This document shows positions 22,001 to 33,500 of a DNA stretch of 45,012 bases, piece by piece (within the stretch, counting starts at the first letter, position 1; every line of letters begins with the position of its first letter). The translations under genes were made by a program, and so were the position numbers. The notes beneath the pieces were generated by a model that searched no databases, had not been told where the DNA came from, and worked only from the letters and a program-made list of their open reading frames with translations. Origin of the DNA: Thraustochytrium aureum (Eukaryota); contig BLSG01000322.1 in the NCBI GenBank assembly GCA_012862495.1, positions 91,812-136,823 of the forward strand, read 5' to 3'.

Positions 22001-25000
22001 CATCATCGTCGGAAACGCGCGCATCAGCTGCCACTATGCTCGCCCGGGCGAGCGAGCTTGTCCGTTGCGAGCTTGTCGTGCTTCCCTTGCGTTGGAAGCT
22101 CGTGCCCACCGGTGAGCGTGGTTGGGCGTTTGCGCTTCCCGTGCTTGCCGCGGGGATTGAGAGCACCGGCGCAACAAGACTTCTCCCGTCCTCACGCCGG
22201 GCCACCTTGACACCGGACCCGTGTTTTTCTTGTTCGTTAACGCCGTAGCTTGCCTTGCTTCCGTAATTGGCGGTCGATCCGTTCTTGGCGTCGAGGCCCT
22301 CGCTCATGTCGCTCACGCTGCCCCTGTGGTCGGCTCGCCAAGAGCCGCGAAACGAGACCATTTGGACGCGCCCTTGCTCAATGAAGTACATTTCATTGCC
22401 GATGTCGCCCTCAAAGATGATGTAGTCCATCGGCGAGTATACTTGCTGCCGGAGCTTTGAAGCTATGCCCTTCTGGAGCGCCTTGTCACAGAACTCAAAG
22501 AACGGGGTGCGCTCAACAAAGCTCAGCTTGAGAAAGTTGGACACCTCGCCGCGCAAGGTGGCAGGCATGTCCTCGACGAGGTTGCTGTGCAGCTCGCCCT
22601 TCTCCGTTTCCCAAAGGTACTCGAGGTAGTTTCGCGTGCGGCCTTTCAAAATGCGCGGGATGCGATAGAGGTAGAGGAACTGCTCGAAGGTGTCCATTTT
22701 CTCGCGAAATTTCGCAAGACTGCCCTCCAGATTCCCGACCAGGTTCGCAATGTTGCCGATAATGGCAGCGTTAATGGTGACACCCACGATGATTCCGAGC
22801 GTCACGTAGAGCGTTCCACCAAAGGTCACGGGGATGGAGTCGCCAATGACGACTGCCACCAGAGTGGGCAGCGCCCAGTTGAGGGCGCGCAGGTACCTGT
22901 TCATGAGGCCGCCGGCATCCTGCGAAAGGAGTCCAACCTGCATCTGCTGCATGACCCACGTGTTGTTCCAGTAGCACGCTGCCAGAGCCGTGGCCCCGCA
23001 GCTCAGTTCCCGCGGGGTCTTGCCAGGCAAGTCGTTCAGTAGATTGCTCGGGCACGTTTCTGGAAGGAGAGTCAAGTCTTGGCTCTCGCCAAAGAGCGCG
23101 TCGCAATCCTCAAAGCTCAGGGCGCCCGGTGATCGTCCGTACTGTGCCACGCCGTAGAATATGCACGCGGCCCAGTGAGAAATGAGCACAACGGCGGCGA
23201 CGAGCTTGAAGAGCCTGTAGGTCACTGCGTAGCCTTTGATGCGCGACAATTCGAAAATGTGATCAAGATTGCCCACGAGTGGGCCCATCCGCGTGACGAG
23301 CAGAGCCTTTGGCAAGCGGAGGCATGCCGTGATGAGAATCGCAACATCGGCGACTACAAAAAGCTCGACCTGGGTGGCCGCGATGGCGACCCCCAGCGCA
23401 ATCGCGTCTAGCGGAAGGCAGATGAATAGGTCGCGCAAGTAGTTGCCGTGCTTGAGGTAGTTTTTCCTGATGTCCTCCTTGTCAGTGAACACTTCGCCCT
23501 CGTCGACGTACCCGAAGGCGCGAATCCGGAGGCTCATGTCAACGACCAGGACCGCATCCAACACGTAGTCGATCGCATACGATGCGACTGTGCTCGCCAA
23601 GGCGATGCGGAACGGGATGGCGAACACGTTGTATATCGCGATAAGCAATATGAGAACGTCCCACAACCGGCGCTTCATGGATTCCGGGTGCCGCCAGCTC
23701 GAATCCGGAATTGCAGTGCGCATGGCGTAGTCGTAGCTCGTGATTGAGCTGAGCTTGACGTGGGACTGCATGTTCGCGAAGACGGCGTCGTTCATTCGCT
23801 TCTTCTTCTCCAGTGTGTCTTTGAGCTTGGAGATGACCTTTTGCCTTTGGCGAGGAAAGGCCTTGGTAACCTTGTCAAAGTCGTCCTTGTTGAGCATGAA
23901 ACAGTCACAATACCCGATTGCGATGACATTGGCGGTGCGCTTCTCCGCGCAAAGGAGGCTCCCCTCGCCAAAGTAGTCGCCGGGCGTAAGCACAGCGTAC
24001 GTCATCTTGCCATCCCTCGAGGTCACGCGCGTGGCACCGCGCTCAAGAAGGTACATGTCCTGGCCAAGCTCGCCTGCCACGATGATATAATCCCCTGGGA
24101 GAAACACGCTGGGCTTGAGGACGCTGTACAGGTGGCGCATCAGCTCCGAGTCGACGCCCTGGAGGAAGGTGATCGAGCGAATGATCTCCCCGTTGATGTA
24201 TGCCTGCACCTCCATACGAAGCGGCGAAGGCAGATCGTTCAAGATCTTTTGCTCGTCCACACCACGCTGGCGAGACCAAAGGTAGTCGTAGTAGCGCGTG
24301 ATTCGGATGCGCAGGTCGCGCGGAAAGCCTTTGAGCGCCATGTACTGTGTGAGGACGGTGAGCTTGCGCTTGAAGTCTACCCGGGCAGTGTTGAGGCTGG
24401 AAATAAGTGCCGCCATCGCTCCCACGACGGCAGGGTACCCTAGGCCGCAGAAAAGCGTCATGACAGCGACGTAGGCTGTTTCGCGCGTGTTAACCGGCAC
24501 AATGTCCCCGTATCCCAGCGTTGTCGCGTCCAGCATGACCAAGTAGACCGCGCGCAGGTAGGTCACGGCGGGTTCGTTGTGGTGGATCATAGGCCACTTC
24601 GTCGTCGTCCAAACAGATCCAGTCGAGGCCCCTGTCTTCGCAGCTGAGATTCTCGATCTCAACTTCGGTGAGTTTCTCTAGCCCAGCTCGGCTCCTCTCT
24701 TCGTTCAACTCTGTGACAGCGGTGTACTTGGTCCAGTGGGCCATGAGAATCCATCCGCAGCCGATGAAATGCACGCAGATGATGACCGCGGCGAAAATCT
24801 TGATGATGCGGTGCAGCCCGTTGCTAAGGGTCACGCGACGCGACTCCATGTATGCGTTGGCCGTGTTGTACAACCGCGGCAAAAACTTGAGGTGAAGCAG
24901 CTTCGTAACGCGAAGTGCTGGGATCATCGCTGGATCCTGCAGCGCGAGCAGGTCGAACGGCATCACGATTATCAGATCTGTGAGCCAGTTCCCATGTTTG

Positions 25001-26854
25001 CGGTAATTGCGAAAGATCATCGTCCTGTCACGGATAATAACGCCTTCCCGCACGTAGCCAAAGAAAAAAGCGCGCAAAACCACGTCAAGCGCGAAAAGGA
25101 GGTCAAAGCACCAGTCTGAAATAAAGTTGACCGGGTCGACATCGCTCCTGTTGAGCATCGTCAAGGTTGCCAGGCGGAACGGTACGTTGGTGCACATGTA
25201 GGCCACCCCAACAAGGCCGATTGCGTTCCACACCTCGCGGAAACGACTCATTGGCTCAAGAGCGGAGCGCCAGCCTTGCAGCTTGGGTGGGCTCGAATCC
25301 AGGCCAAAAAACTTTTTGACCTTGGCATTCCGCTTGGCTGCCTTTTCGGCAGCCGCTTCAAGCTCCTTGAACTCCTCAGATGTGACTGACTCGGAGAGGA
25401 TCTGCACAAAGGTCTCCTTTTTCAAGAAGAAGAGCTCGCAGTAGCTTTTGGCACGCACCTCGTTGTCGAAGACGCCAGGAAAGAAGAGTGAAGACTCGCC
25501 AAAGTAGCTGGAAGCCTTCCCGCTCAGCGTCTGCAGGACAGTGCCTGCGGGCCCGATGCTTTCGGCCTCCCCTCTTCTCAGCCAATAGCAACCCTGCATC
25601 GTTTCGCCGTTCCGCACCACCGAATCGCCGGGCGAGACGATGATCTGCTCGAGCGCAATGCAAATTGCGTTGATGACTGGCTCACGCGCCTTGCGCAAAA
25701 AGGGGACATTCTTGACGAGGTCTTTTGACTGTAGACCTGCCACCTGGAGGCGCAGGGTGATGGGCAGCTCCCGCAGGAAGTGGTTTTCGTCAATGCCTTT
25801 CAGCGAGGTCCACATGTACGTGTAATACGCTCGGATCCGGGTCACGGAGCGGCGCCGAGAGGTGGCGGTACGCCATGTACTTGTTGAGGTTGTCCATCTT
25901 GCTGTGGAATTCGTCCTCTGCGGCGTCGAGGTTAGTGACCATGTTTGTCAGGTTTCCAATCACGCAGCACGCAAGAGCGAGCCCCAAGTACATCGTCCCC
26001 AGCGTAAACGCCGTTTCCCTCCAAGAGGCCCGGTATGGAACAACGTCGCCAAACCCCACAGTCACCATTGTCGTGATAGACCAGTAGATGCTGCGGGTGT
26101 ACATGCGCGTTGTGGTAATCCCTTCCACGGGCTGAACCTCCCCCAGGTCGTCGAGGGTCAATAGTTTGTCCTGGCCAAGCCAGCTCGACCCCGTCGTCTT
26201 GAGCTCGTTTCTACCCACGACGAAGAAGCCGCACGCCATCCAGTGGGCAAGAAAAGTGAAGACTGTCCACAGGTAGATCATCCTGTGAAAGCCTGCGTTG
26301 ACGATAATGCGCCGTCGCTCAAGCCAGACGAAGATCACCGCAAACTGAGCGTTGAGGTGAATGACACGCAACAGCTTGACCAAGCGAAGTACTGGAGCCA
26401 AATCTTTCCTGCCAAACACAAAGTGAGCAAAGAGGTCCAGGGGGAGCGCTGATAAGACGTCGCAGAGGAAAGCCAAGAACTTGAGCACGCGCCATCGCAT
26501 CGCCATGTTGGCTTGATGATGCGCTTCGCGCAGCCGTTCTTCGCGCTGGACCGGCTCCGCCTTTTCTGGCGGGAAATCCGCCTCTGGCATCACAATCGAA
26601 GAGAGCCGCGGGATGTGCGCCTTGCGCAGTACCGAGCTCCTGACTAAAAGATCAAGCACGTAGTAAACGTCTGAGACGACGTTGAGGAGAAGGATGCCGA
26701 CCGACGCGGCGTCTATGGCCACTGGCGGCATAGAGAAACTCAAGTTGAGCGGCACGTAGAAGCAGTTCCACAACAGGATGGTCAGCTGTATTGCCTCCCA
26801 GCTGGTCCGCGAGAATACCGCCCTGCCAATTCGCATTTTCCTTGCGGACGGCAT
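19047..26854 (-). CDS. Four-repeat (4x [6TM + pore + C-linker + CNBD]) cyclic-nucleotide-binding cation/K+ channel, CNGK/tetraKCNG-like; split by frameshifts at ~25841, ~24575, ~20172 and ~19600
   Basis: Four S4 helices (LRLVKLLRV, LRVTKLLHL, LRLPKALLV, VRLVRLVRL), four pore loops (TVGFGD, TLGYGD, VVIGD, SVGFGD) and four CNBDs (FGES, FGEG, FGET, FGGD) in consecutive overlapping ORFs that join by 1-nt indels. The start codon and the tail beyond 19595 are less certain. Confidence 0.88.
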
Positions 26855-28030
26855 CCGGGGCCGGGTGAAAAGCCGAAGAAGGACAGAGCCCGACCGCCCC
26901 TGCGCCCTGGCCCGCACCGCAGCGGGCACTTCGCAAAGCCAACCAGCGTCTGTCTGCGCCGCTGCCCTCGCTAACCTTTCACAGTACCTGCACCAGACTT
27001 GCCGGCCACAGCGGCTTGCCGACCTTTGTCTGGCTGCAGTTGGTTTTTTTCACAGCGCNNNNNNNNNNNNNNNNNNNNNNNNNNNNNNNNNNNNNNNNNN
27101 NNNNNNNNNNNNNNNNNNNNNNNNNNNNNNNNNNNNNNNNNNNNNNNNNNNNNNNNNNNNNNNNNNNNNNNNNNNNNNNNNNNNNNNNNNNNNNNNNNNN
27201 NNNNNNNNNNNNNNNNNNNNNNNNNNNNNNNNNNNNNNNNNNNNNNNNNNNNNNNNNNNNNNNNNNNNNNNNNNNNNNNNNNNNNNNNNNNNNNNNNNNN
27301 NNNNNNNNNNNNNNNNNNNNNNNNNNNNNNNNNNNNNNNNNNNNNNNNNNNNNNNNNNNNNNNNNNNNNNNNNNNNNNNNNNNNNNNNNNNNNNNNNNNN
27401 NNNNNNNNNNNNNNNNNNNNNNNNNNNNNNNNNNNNNNNNNNNNNNNNNNNNNNNNNNNNNNNNNAATCAGAGACCGCCCTCCCGACTTTCAGCGTCGCG
27501 AAGAGTGCTCCAACAACCCAACCTAATGGAGTACATCAGAGACCGTGCACGGCGCTTGGCTCGCTCCCTCGGAGTAGGCCAAACTCTGTGAGCCGGTGAG
27601 CCGCAACACGAATTCCAACCGCACGCGGGCGACCGAGGCCGTTTCAAAGCCGTTCTCCGCCGCCGTGGAGGCTTTCTGTGAAGCAGAGTAGATTTATGCC
27701 CCGCCGACGTCAGAGACGGCGAGGCGGACTCTCACCTTCTCCTGCCGACCGCGGCGCCACCCAACCAACCCTTGGATTAAGCAAAGCGGGAGCAACGACA
27801 AGCCGTTTCGCGTCGAACGACTGGGCAATTCGGATTTTGGTGCCGGGCAAACCTGATCGGGTGTTTGGGTCTTGCAAATCTGGAGTGCATTGATTTCTAC
27901 TTACGTCATTGGCGGATGGCAGCGAATACGACTCGCAATTGCGCGCAACTTCAAACGAACTTGCAAGCCCGACGCCTCCTTCTCGCCGAGTGAGGCTGCA
28001 GCCACAATGAGAGCGGGGGCCGGAGCTCGC

Positions 28031-29467
28031 TCAGCGGTTGGGCCGAGACTGGTAAGGTGGCGGCATGGCGTTCAGGGACGGCGGCTGGCGGTGTTGCATC
28101 TCCATCTTCTGCTGGTGCTTCTGAATCTTCTGGCCCAGCGCCTTGGACAAAAACTGCTTGCGTGATAACTTTCGCACCTCTTTGAGGAACGTGGGCAGGT
28201 CCACCACATCATTCGTCAGCGCGCGGTCAAGGTAGTACAGGACGTCGTCGATGGCGCTAGTCTCTGAGACACAATCGAAGAGTTGCCGAGAAGCCGCGTC
28301 CGCCGGGACGATCGCCTCGTCAAGCGAAAGCTGTGCGAGGGCTGCGGAATTCCCGTTTTCGTCGTTGTTCTCGTCTTCTTGGCCGTACTCTTCGATCCAC
28401 GACTCGAGCTGCATAGTCTTGGCTCTGAGCTCGTTGATCGTCGACTCGAGCTCGCCCTTCTGTTCGTCCATCCGCGCGATCCCGGCCTCCAGCGTCCGCT
28501 GGCCGTCCTCAAGCCGCTTTTGCGTCGCCATCTCTTTCCCGAGCTCCTCCTTCATTTCCTCCCTGAACCTGCGGAACTCCTCTTGCAGCTTGATCTCGAC
28601 AGCTTGTCTCGCCGTTTTCAATTCGCGTTCCTTCAGCAAGGCAGCGTTGGCGCGTTGCGCTTCCCCGGCTTCCCGCACGACTGACGCCGGTGGGGGCAGC
28701 TTGGAGGCCGACCCTGGACCGCCAGCGCCCGGGTAGGGCGGCGGCGGCGGCGTGGTTGTTGATGGATAAGGTGAGGCGCCAACGGCAGCGCCATACTGGT
28801 TCGCGCCCGGGTATTGCCCAGAGCCCGGGTACGGGCCGGATCCTGGGTACGGGCCAGATCCTGGGTACGGGCCAGATCCTGGGTAAGGTCCCGAGCCGGG
28901 GTAGGGGCTGGAGGACGCCGCACCTGCAGCAGACATGGCCGCTGTGCGGTAGGCCGGAGGCGGTGGGGGCTGCGTAGACTGCGAGACTGCTTCATTGGGC
29001 GAGCGCGCGTGGAGCGGTGGAGAAGCGCTAAACACAGCCTTGCAGGTGCTCACGAGACCGTTCAGGTTTGAGCGCGAGGGGTTCCACTGTGCCAGGTAAG
29101 GCAAATAAACTGTGCCGTCCTGTGCGACGTACTCGTGGTTGCGGGCGACCTGCATGGTGGAGGTTGGTGTCACGTAAACTGTTGGTGCCATCAATGGGTA
29201 GTCCTTTGAAATCCAAAAGGTCATCGGGGTGTTGTAGCTCGCGCCGTTGTAAAATATCGGCACGGTACCCTTGAGCACTATCAGCGTTTGCGAACTCCCA
29301 TCGTTGCTGTAGTGGACATCGGTCTCGACCTTGAGGGCGCTAGCCTGGGAGAGAACCTCGTTGACGTCTTTGGATATCCTCTCCAAGTACTCTGGCTTGT
29401 AGGTGGAGCATCCCTGCAGAAGGTAGTCTACCGCCGTAGCGCTTCTCCCTTGCTGGCCTGGGTACAT
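28031..29467 (-). CDS. TSG101: ESCRT-I subunit TSG101/Vps23
   Basis: UEV domain (LKGTVPIFYNGASYNTPMTFWISKDYPLMAPTVYVTPT...YLPYLAQW), Pro/Tyr-rich linker, coiled coil and steadiness box (AIDDVLYYLDRAL...FLKEVRKLSRKQF). Confidence 0.95.
   Translation of the reverse strand: MYPGQQGRSATAVDYLLQGCSTYKPEYLERISKDVNEVLSQASALKVETDVHYSNDGSSQTLIVLKGTVPIFYNGASYNTPMTFWISKDYPLMAPTVYVTPTSTMQVARNHEYVAQDGTVYLPYLAQWNPSRSNLNGLVSTCKAVFSASPPLHARSPNEAVSQSTQPPPPPAYRTAAMSAAGAASSSPYPGSGPYPGSGPYPGSGPYPGSGPYPGSGQYPGANQYGAAVGASPYPSTTTPPPPPYPGAGGPGSASKLPPPASVVREAGEAQRANAALLKERELKTARQAVEIKLQEEFRRFREEMKEELGKEMATQKRLEDGQRTLEAGIARMDEQKGELESTINELRAKTMQLESWIEEYGQEDENNDENGNSAALAQLSLDEAIVPADAASRQLFDCVSETSAIDDVLYYLDRALTNDVVDLPTFLKEVRKLSRKQFLSKALGQKIQKHQQKMEMQHRQPPSLNAMPPPYQSRPNR
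28806..28907 (-). repeat. Coding 18-bp tandem repeat, (PYPGSG)x5 + QYPG, within TSG101
   Basis: Imperfect gggtacgggccagatcct units; translation PYPGSGPYPGSGPYPGSGPYPGSGPYPGSGQYPG. Confidence 0.9.
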
Positions 29468-30511
29468 GTTGGTGGCGAAGGCCCACCTGGTCCTTGCCGA
29501 ACCCTCGGCACGGTCCGAGGCAACCGGCGTCCGCCCCCCGAACCGTCAAGGCGTCCGCCAGGACGCGCTCTGCAGCACCTCTGCGCGCGCAAGCCGGTGG
29601 CAACGGCGACAACGCGGCGCGCCTGTTCGTTCGTCCCTTCTGTGGCAACTGGCTCGTTTCACACAGGCCGGCCGGCTGCAACGCCAACAGGCCCGATCGA
29701 CGACTTGACGCAGCTCCTGCGCCACCTCCGGCACGCTCCCCCACGAGTCCACTCTCTTCGCGACCGCGCTCGGGGTCTACCGGCGTGCGCGTTTGCTGGC
29801 TGGCCTTCGTCAGGTGTTCGAGGGACTNNNNNNNNNNNNNNNNNNNNNNNNNNNNNNNNNNNNNNNNNNNNNNNNNNNNNNNNNNNNNNNNNNNNNNNNN
29901 NNNNNNNNNNNNNNNNNNNNNNNNNNNNNNNNNNNNNNNNNNNNNNNNNNNNNNNNNNNNNNNNNNNNNNNNNNNNNNNNNNNNNNNNNNNNNNNNNNNN
30001 NNNNNNNNNNNNNNNNNNNNNNNNNNNNNNNNNNNNNNNNNNNNNNNNNNNNNNNNNNNNNNNNNNNNNNNNNNNNNNNNNNNNNNNNNNNNNNNNNNNN
30101 NNNNNNNNNNNNNNNNNNNNNNNNNNNNNNNNNNNNNNNNNNNNNNNNNNNNNNNNNNNNNNNNNNNNNNNNNNNNNNNNNNNNNNNNNNNNNNNNNNNN
30201 NNNNNNNNNNNNNNNNNNNNNNNNNNNNNNNNNNNNNNNNNNNNNNNNNNNNNNNNNNNNNNNNNNNNNNNNNNNNNNNNNNNNNNNNNNNNNNNNNNNN
30301 NNNNNNNNNNNNNNNNNNNNNNNNNNNNNNNNNNNNNNNNNNNNNNNNNNNNNNNNNNNNNNNNNNNNNNNNNNNNNNNNNNNNNNNNNNNNNNNNNNNN
30401 NNNNNNNNNNNNNNNNNNNNNNNNNNNNNNNNNNNNNNNNNNNNNNNNNNNNNNNNNNNNNNNNNNNNNNNNNNNNNNNNNNNNNNNNNNNNNNNNNNNN
30501 NNNNNNNNNNN

Positions 30512-33500
30512 TGCAGCGCGGGCAGCATGGGAGGGTGAGCTTGCGCCGGTTCATTCGGGCAGATGCACTCGACGCCGAGCTTTCGTTCAAGAGCGAGGCA
30601 AGGCTCAGCGACTCCTTGCAGTGCGTGCATACCACGTACAGCTGCGGGCCTTGGGCGGTCCAGCTCAAGAGGTCGCCGAGCTCGTCGCCGGACAAATGGG
30701 CAGGGTCGCCTCCACCTTGCACGCCGTGGTGGTCTGCGCGAGCCGCGGCCCCACCGGAGGTTGGCTGCAGAGTCGCACCGCCCCCTGCGACGCCTTGCGC
30801 GTCAAGCGAAGGAGGCTCTGGCAAAGCGGATCCCGATTCGACCGCGCCCTGGTCAACGCCGCTTGGGGGGGTTGCGCCGCGCTTCCTCGCGGCGAAATCG
30901 ACATCGAAACGCGCCCGCTCCTGCCAGAGCTGCCACACGTTCAGCAAGTCACGGTAAGCTGTCACCCACCGTGCGGCGCGTCGGGCTTCGGACGGCGGCA
31001 GAGCACGGAGAACAGTGTGGCACGAGGCGAGCGCCGCAGTCTGAACGTCTCCAGTGTGGTCCACGTAGCGCTGAACGAGCTGCATGCCGTGCTCCCCGAG
31101 GCCAGTCAGGATGACTCCATCGAGATGACCGTACTCTGTGACCTCCTCGCAGCGTCGCAGGAGAAACGCATAAAGCTGGCCGTCTGGCAGGAAGCGGCAC
31201 GCGAATGCGATGCGATCGACCAGGGCGAGCGCCGGCTCCTCCGTGACGCAAGCGAACTCGGCGGCCCCCGGCGCTGCCGAGTCTGGTTGCTCCTCCTCGA
31301 CCAACCCGGACGAGGACGCTGATGCCGGGCCGGCCTCGCTGCCAGCGTTTCGGGCGTTTCCAGATGCCGCGTTCGAGCTCTCGAGCGGTGCGGGCGCCTT
31401 GGACGTCTTGGTAGGTCGGCCGCCCGTCCCTGCCACGCTGCCCTTGGCGTCCACAGCGCTGCTTGCGGGGGCGACTGTGCCCGCCCCGAGCTGGTTGGAG
31501 CTGGACGCCGTCGTCTCCGCCACATGGCCAGGTCCGCCTGCTGCACCGCCGACACCTGCGCCAGACCTGCTTCTGCGTCGCACAAAGTTTTCCACGAGGA
31601 AGGCCAGCGCCGCACGCAAAACAGGGAACGCCTTGAGGCGGCGCAATAGATGCCTGCAGGTCTCAAACCAAAGCTGGCTGCCGTCGCTGTACGACGCCAC
31701 ATCCGGGTAGCCTGCGAAAGCCATCGCCACGAGATTNNNNNNNNNNNNNNNNNNNNNNNNNNNNNNNNNNNNNNNNNNNNNNNNNNNNNNNNNNNNNNNN
31801 NNNNNNNNNNNNNNNNNNNNNNNNNNNNNNNNNNNNNNNNNNNNNNNNNNNNNNNNNNNNNNNNNNNNNNNNNNNNNNNNNNNNNNNNNNNNNNNNNNNN
31901 NNNNNNNNNNNNNNNNNNNNNNNNNNNNNNNNNNNNNNNNNNNNNNNNNNNNNNNNNNNNNNNNNNNNNNNNNNNNNNNNNNNNNNNNNNNNNNNNNNNN
32001 NNNNNNNNNNNNNNNNNNNNNNNNNNNNNNNNNNNNNNNNNNNNNNNNNNNNNNNNNNNNNNNNNNNNNNNNNNNNNNNNNNNNNNNNNNNNNNNNNNNN
32101 NNNNNNNNTTGGCGAGGGATATACGATGCAGCAAATGGCGCCACCCCTGGCGGGCCCCTGGGCGAGACACAGCCCCCGCCGACGCAGCTGCCGCATTCGC
32201 TGGGTTGGCGTGCTTGCGCCGCCGAATCCGCTCTGCGGCGTCCTGGAGAATGCGCACCGCACTCGGGAGGTCGCAGTAGAACACTGCGAGCGCGGCCATT
32301 CTTTGATAGTCTGCATCGTTCCCCGAGACGCGCAGGTTGGGGGAAGGCTCGCCCCCGGCAGCCGCTGCCGCCGTCGCCCCAGTGTACTCGGCAAACGTGT
32401 TTGGCGCGGTACCGCCGGCGGCACTGTCAAGAAGAATGATTCGCGCGGTATTCTGCTGGCGAGCAGCGGATTGGTCCCCGGCGCCATTCTGCGTGCTAGT
32501 TGGGGCCAAGCCAGGGGCCCCCGACGCTGGGTGGCCGGCGTCTTGGCGGCGCCCAACCCTGCGGCGTCTGTTTGCAACGAGGCGCCCAGGCCCACGCCCG
32601 CAACGCCCGAGCCGCTTGTCGACCCCGCCCCCACTGACGTGTCGTTGGCGGCCCCTGGTGGGTCCCGAGCGACTTGGGCCTGCTCCGCCGCGCCGACCTC
32701 GTCGAAATCCAGCCAGCCACAAAGTGCCAGAGCAAACGAACGCTGCCGGCTTCGGTACAAGTCGAAGCGCGGCCGGGACCTGTCGTCCAGCCTCGTCTCG
32801 CCGTGCGCCGCGCCGCGCTGCGAAAGCACTGACAGAAGGCCAGCTTCCACCAGCCCCTTGGAGAGCCTCTCATCCACGAGGTGCGACGCGCGGTGAATCC
32901 AGCGCCACATGTCGCGCAGTCGGATCTTGCTTGCGAGGTCAGAGGAAGGGTCGTCAAAGTCAACCATATCGAGGATCAGGTCGATCCTCTCCGTCGACCG
33001 AGCAGCGGCCCACGCTTCGGAGAGCCCGTTGCTTGCGCGCGCCCCAGAATCCTCAATCACGGCGAGGCGCGCGACTTGGATTGCTTCCGAGACGAGATCG
33101 ATATTGGCTCGAACGTCCATCGATACCCCAGCTGAGCGCGCGAGCGCCATATCGAGGACGGGTCCTGGTCGCCAAAGGCAAAGTTGAGAAGTGCGTTGTT
33201 GAGCCCAAAGGCCAGGCTCGACGTCGGCGAGAGCGAGATAGGCAGCGGGTCCTGGAGCGAGACTTCATCCAACTGGCCCGTCCACGACGCATAAAGGACG
33301 CGGTTCACGCTCTGTGCTCCGAGCGGCTTGGAGGGGCGCTCGTCTTCGCCAAGGGCTGAAAGCGCCTTCCGCGCCGCCTTGCTCGACCAGAGCGACAGGT
33401 CGTGGGGATCCAGCAAAACGAGCCTGGAGTCTTCGCCGTGTAACGGCGCACATCGCTTTTAGTGAGGACCACCGTGACGCGAGCCCGCGCGCCGCCGACG

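Noticed and set aside
28806..28907. 18-bp repeats as a CRISPR-like array
   Set aside because: No spacers, in-frame coding repeat within TSG101, eukaryotic context.
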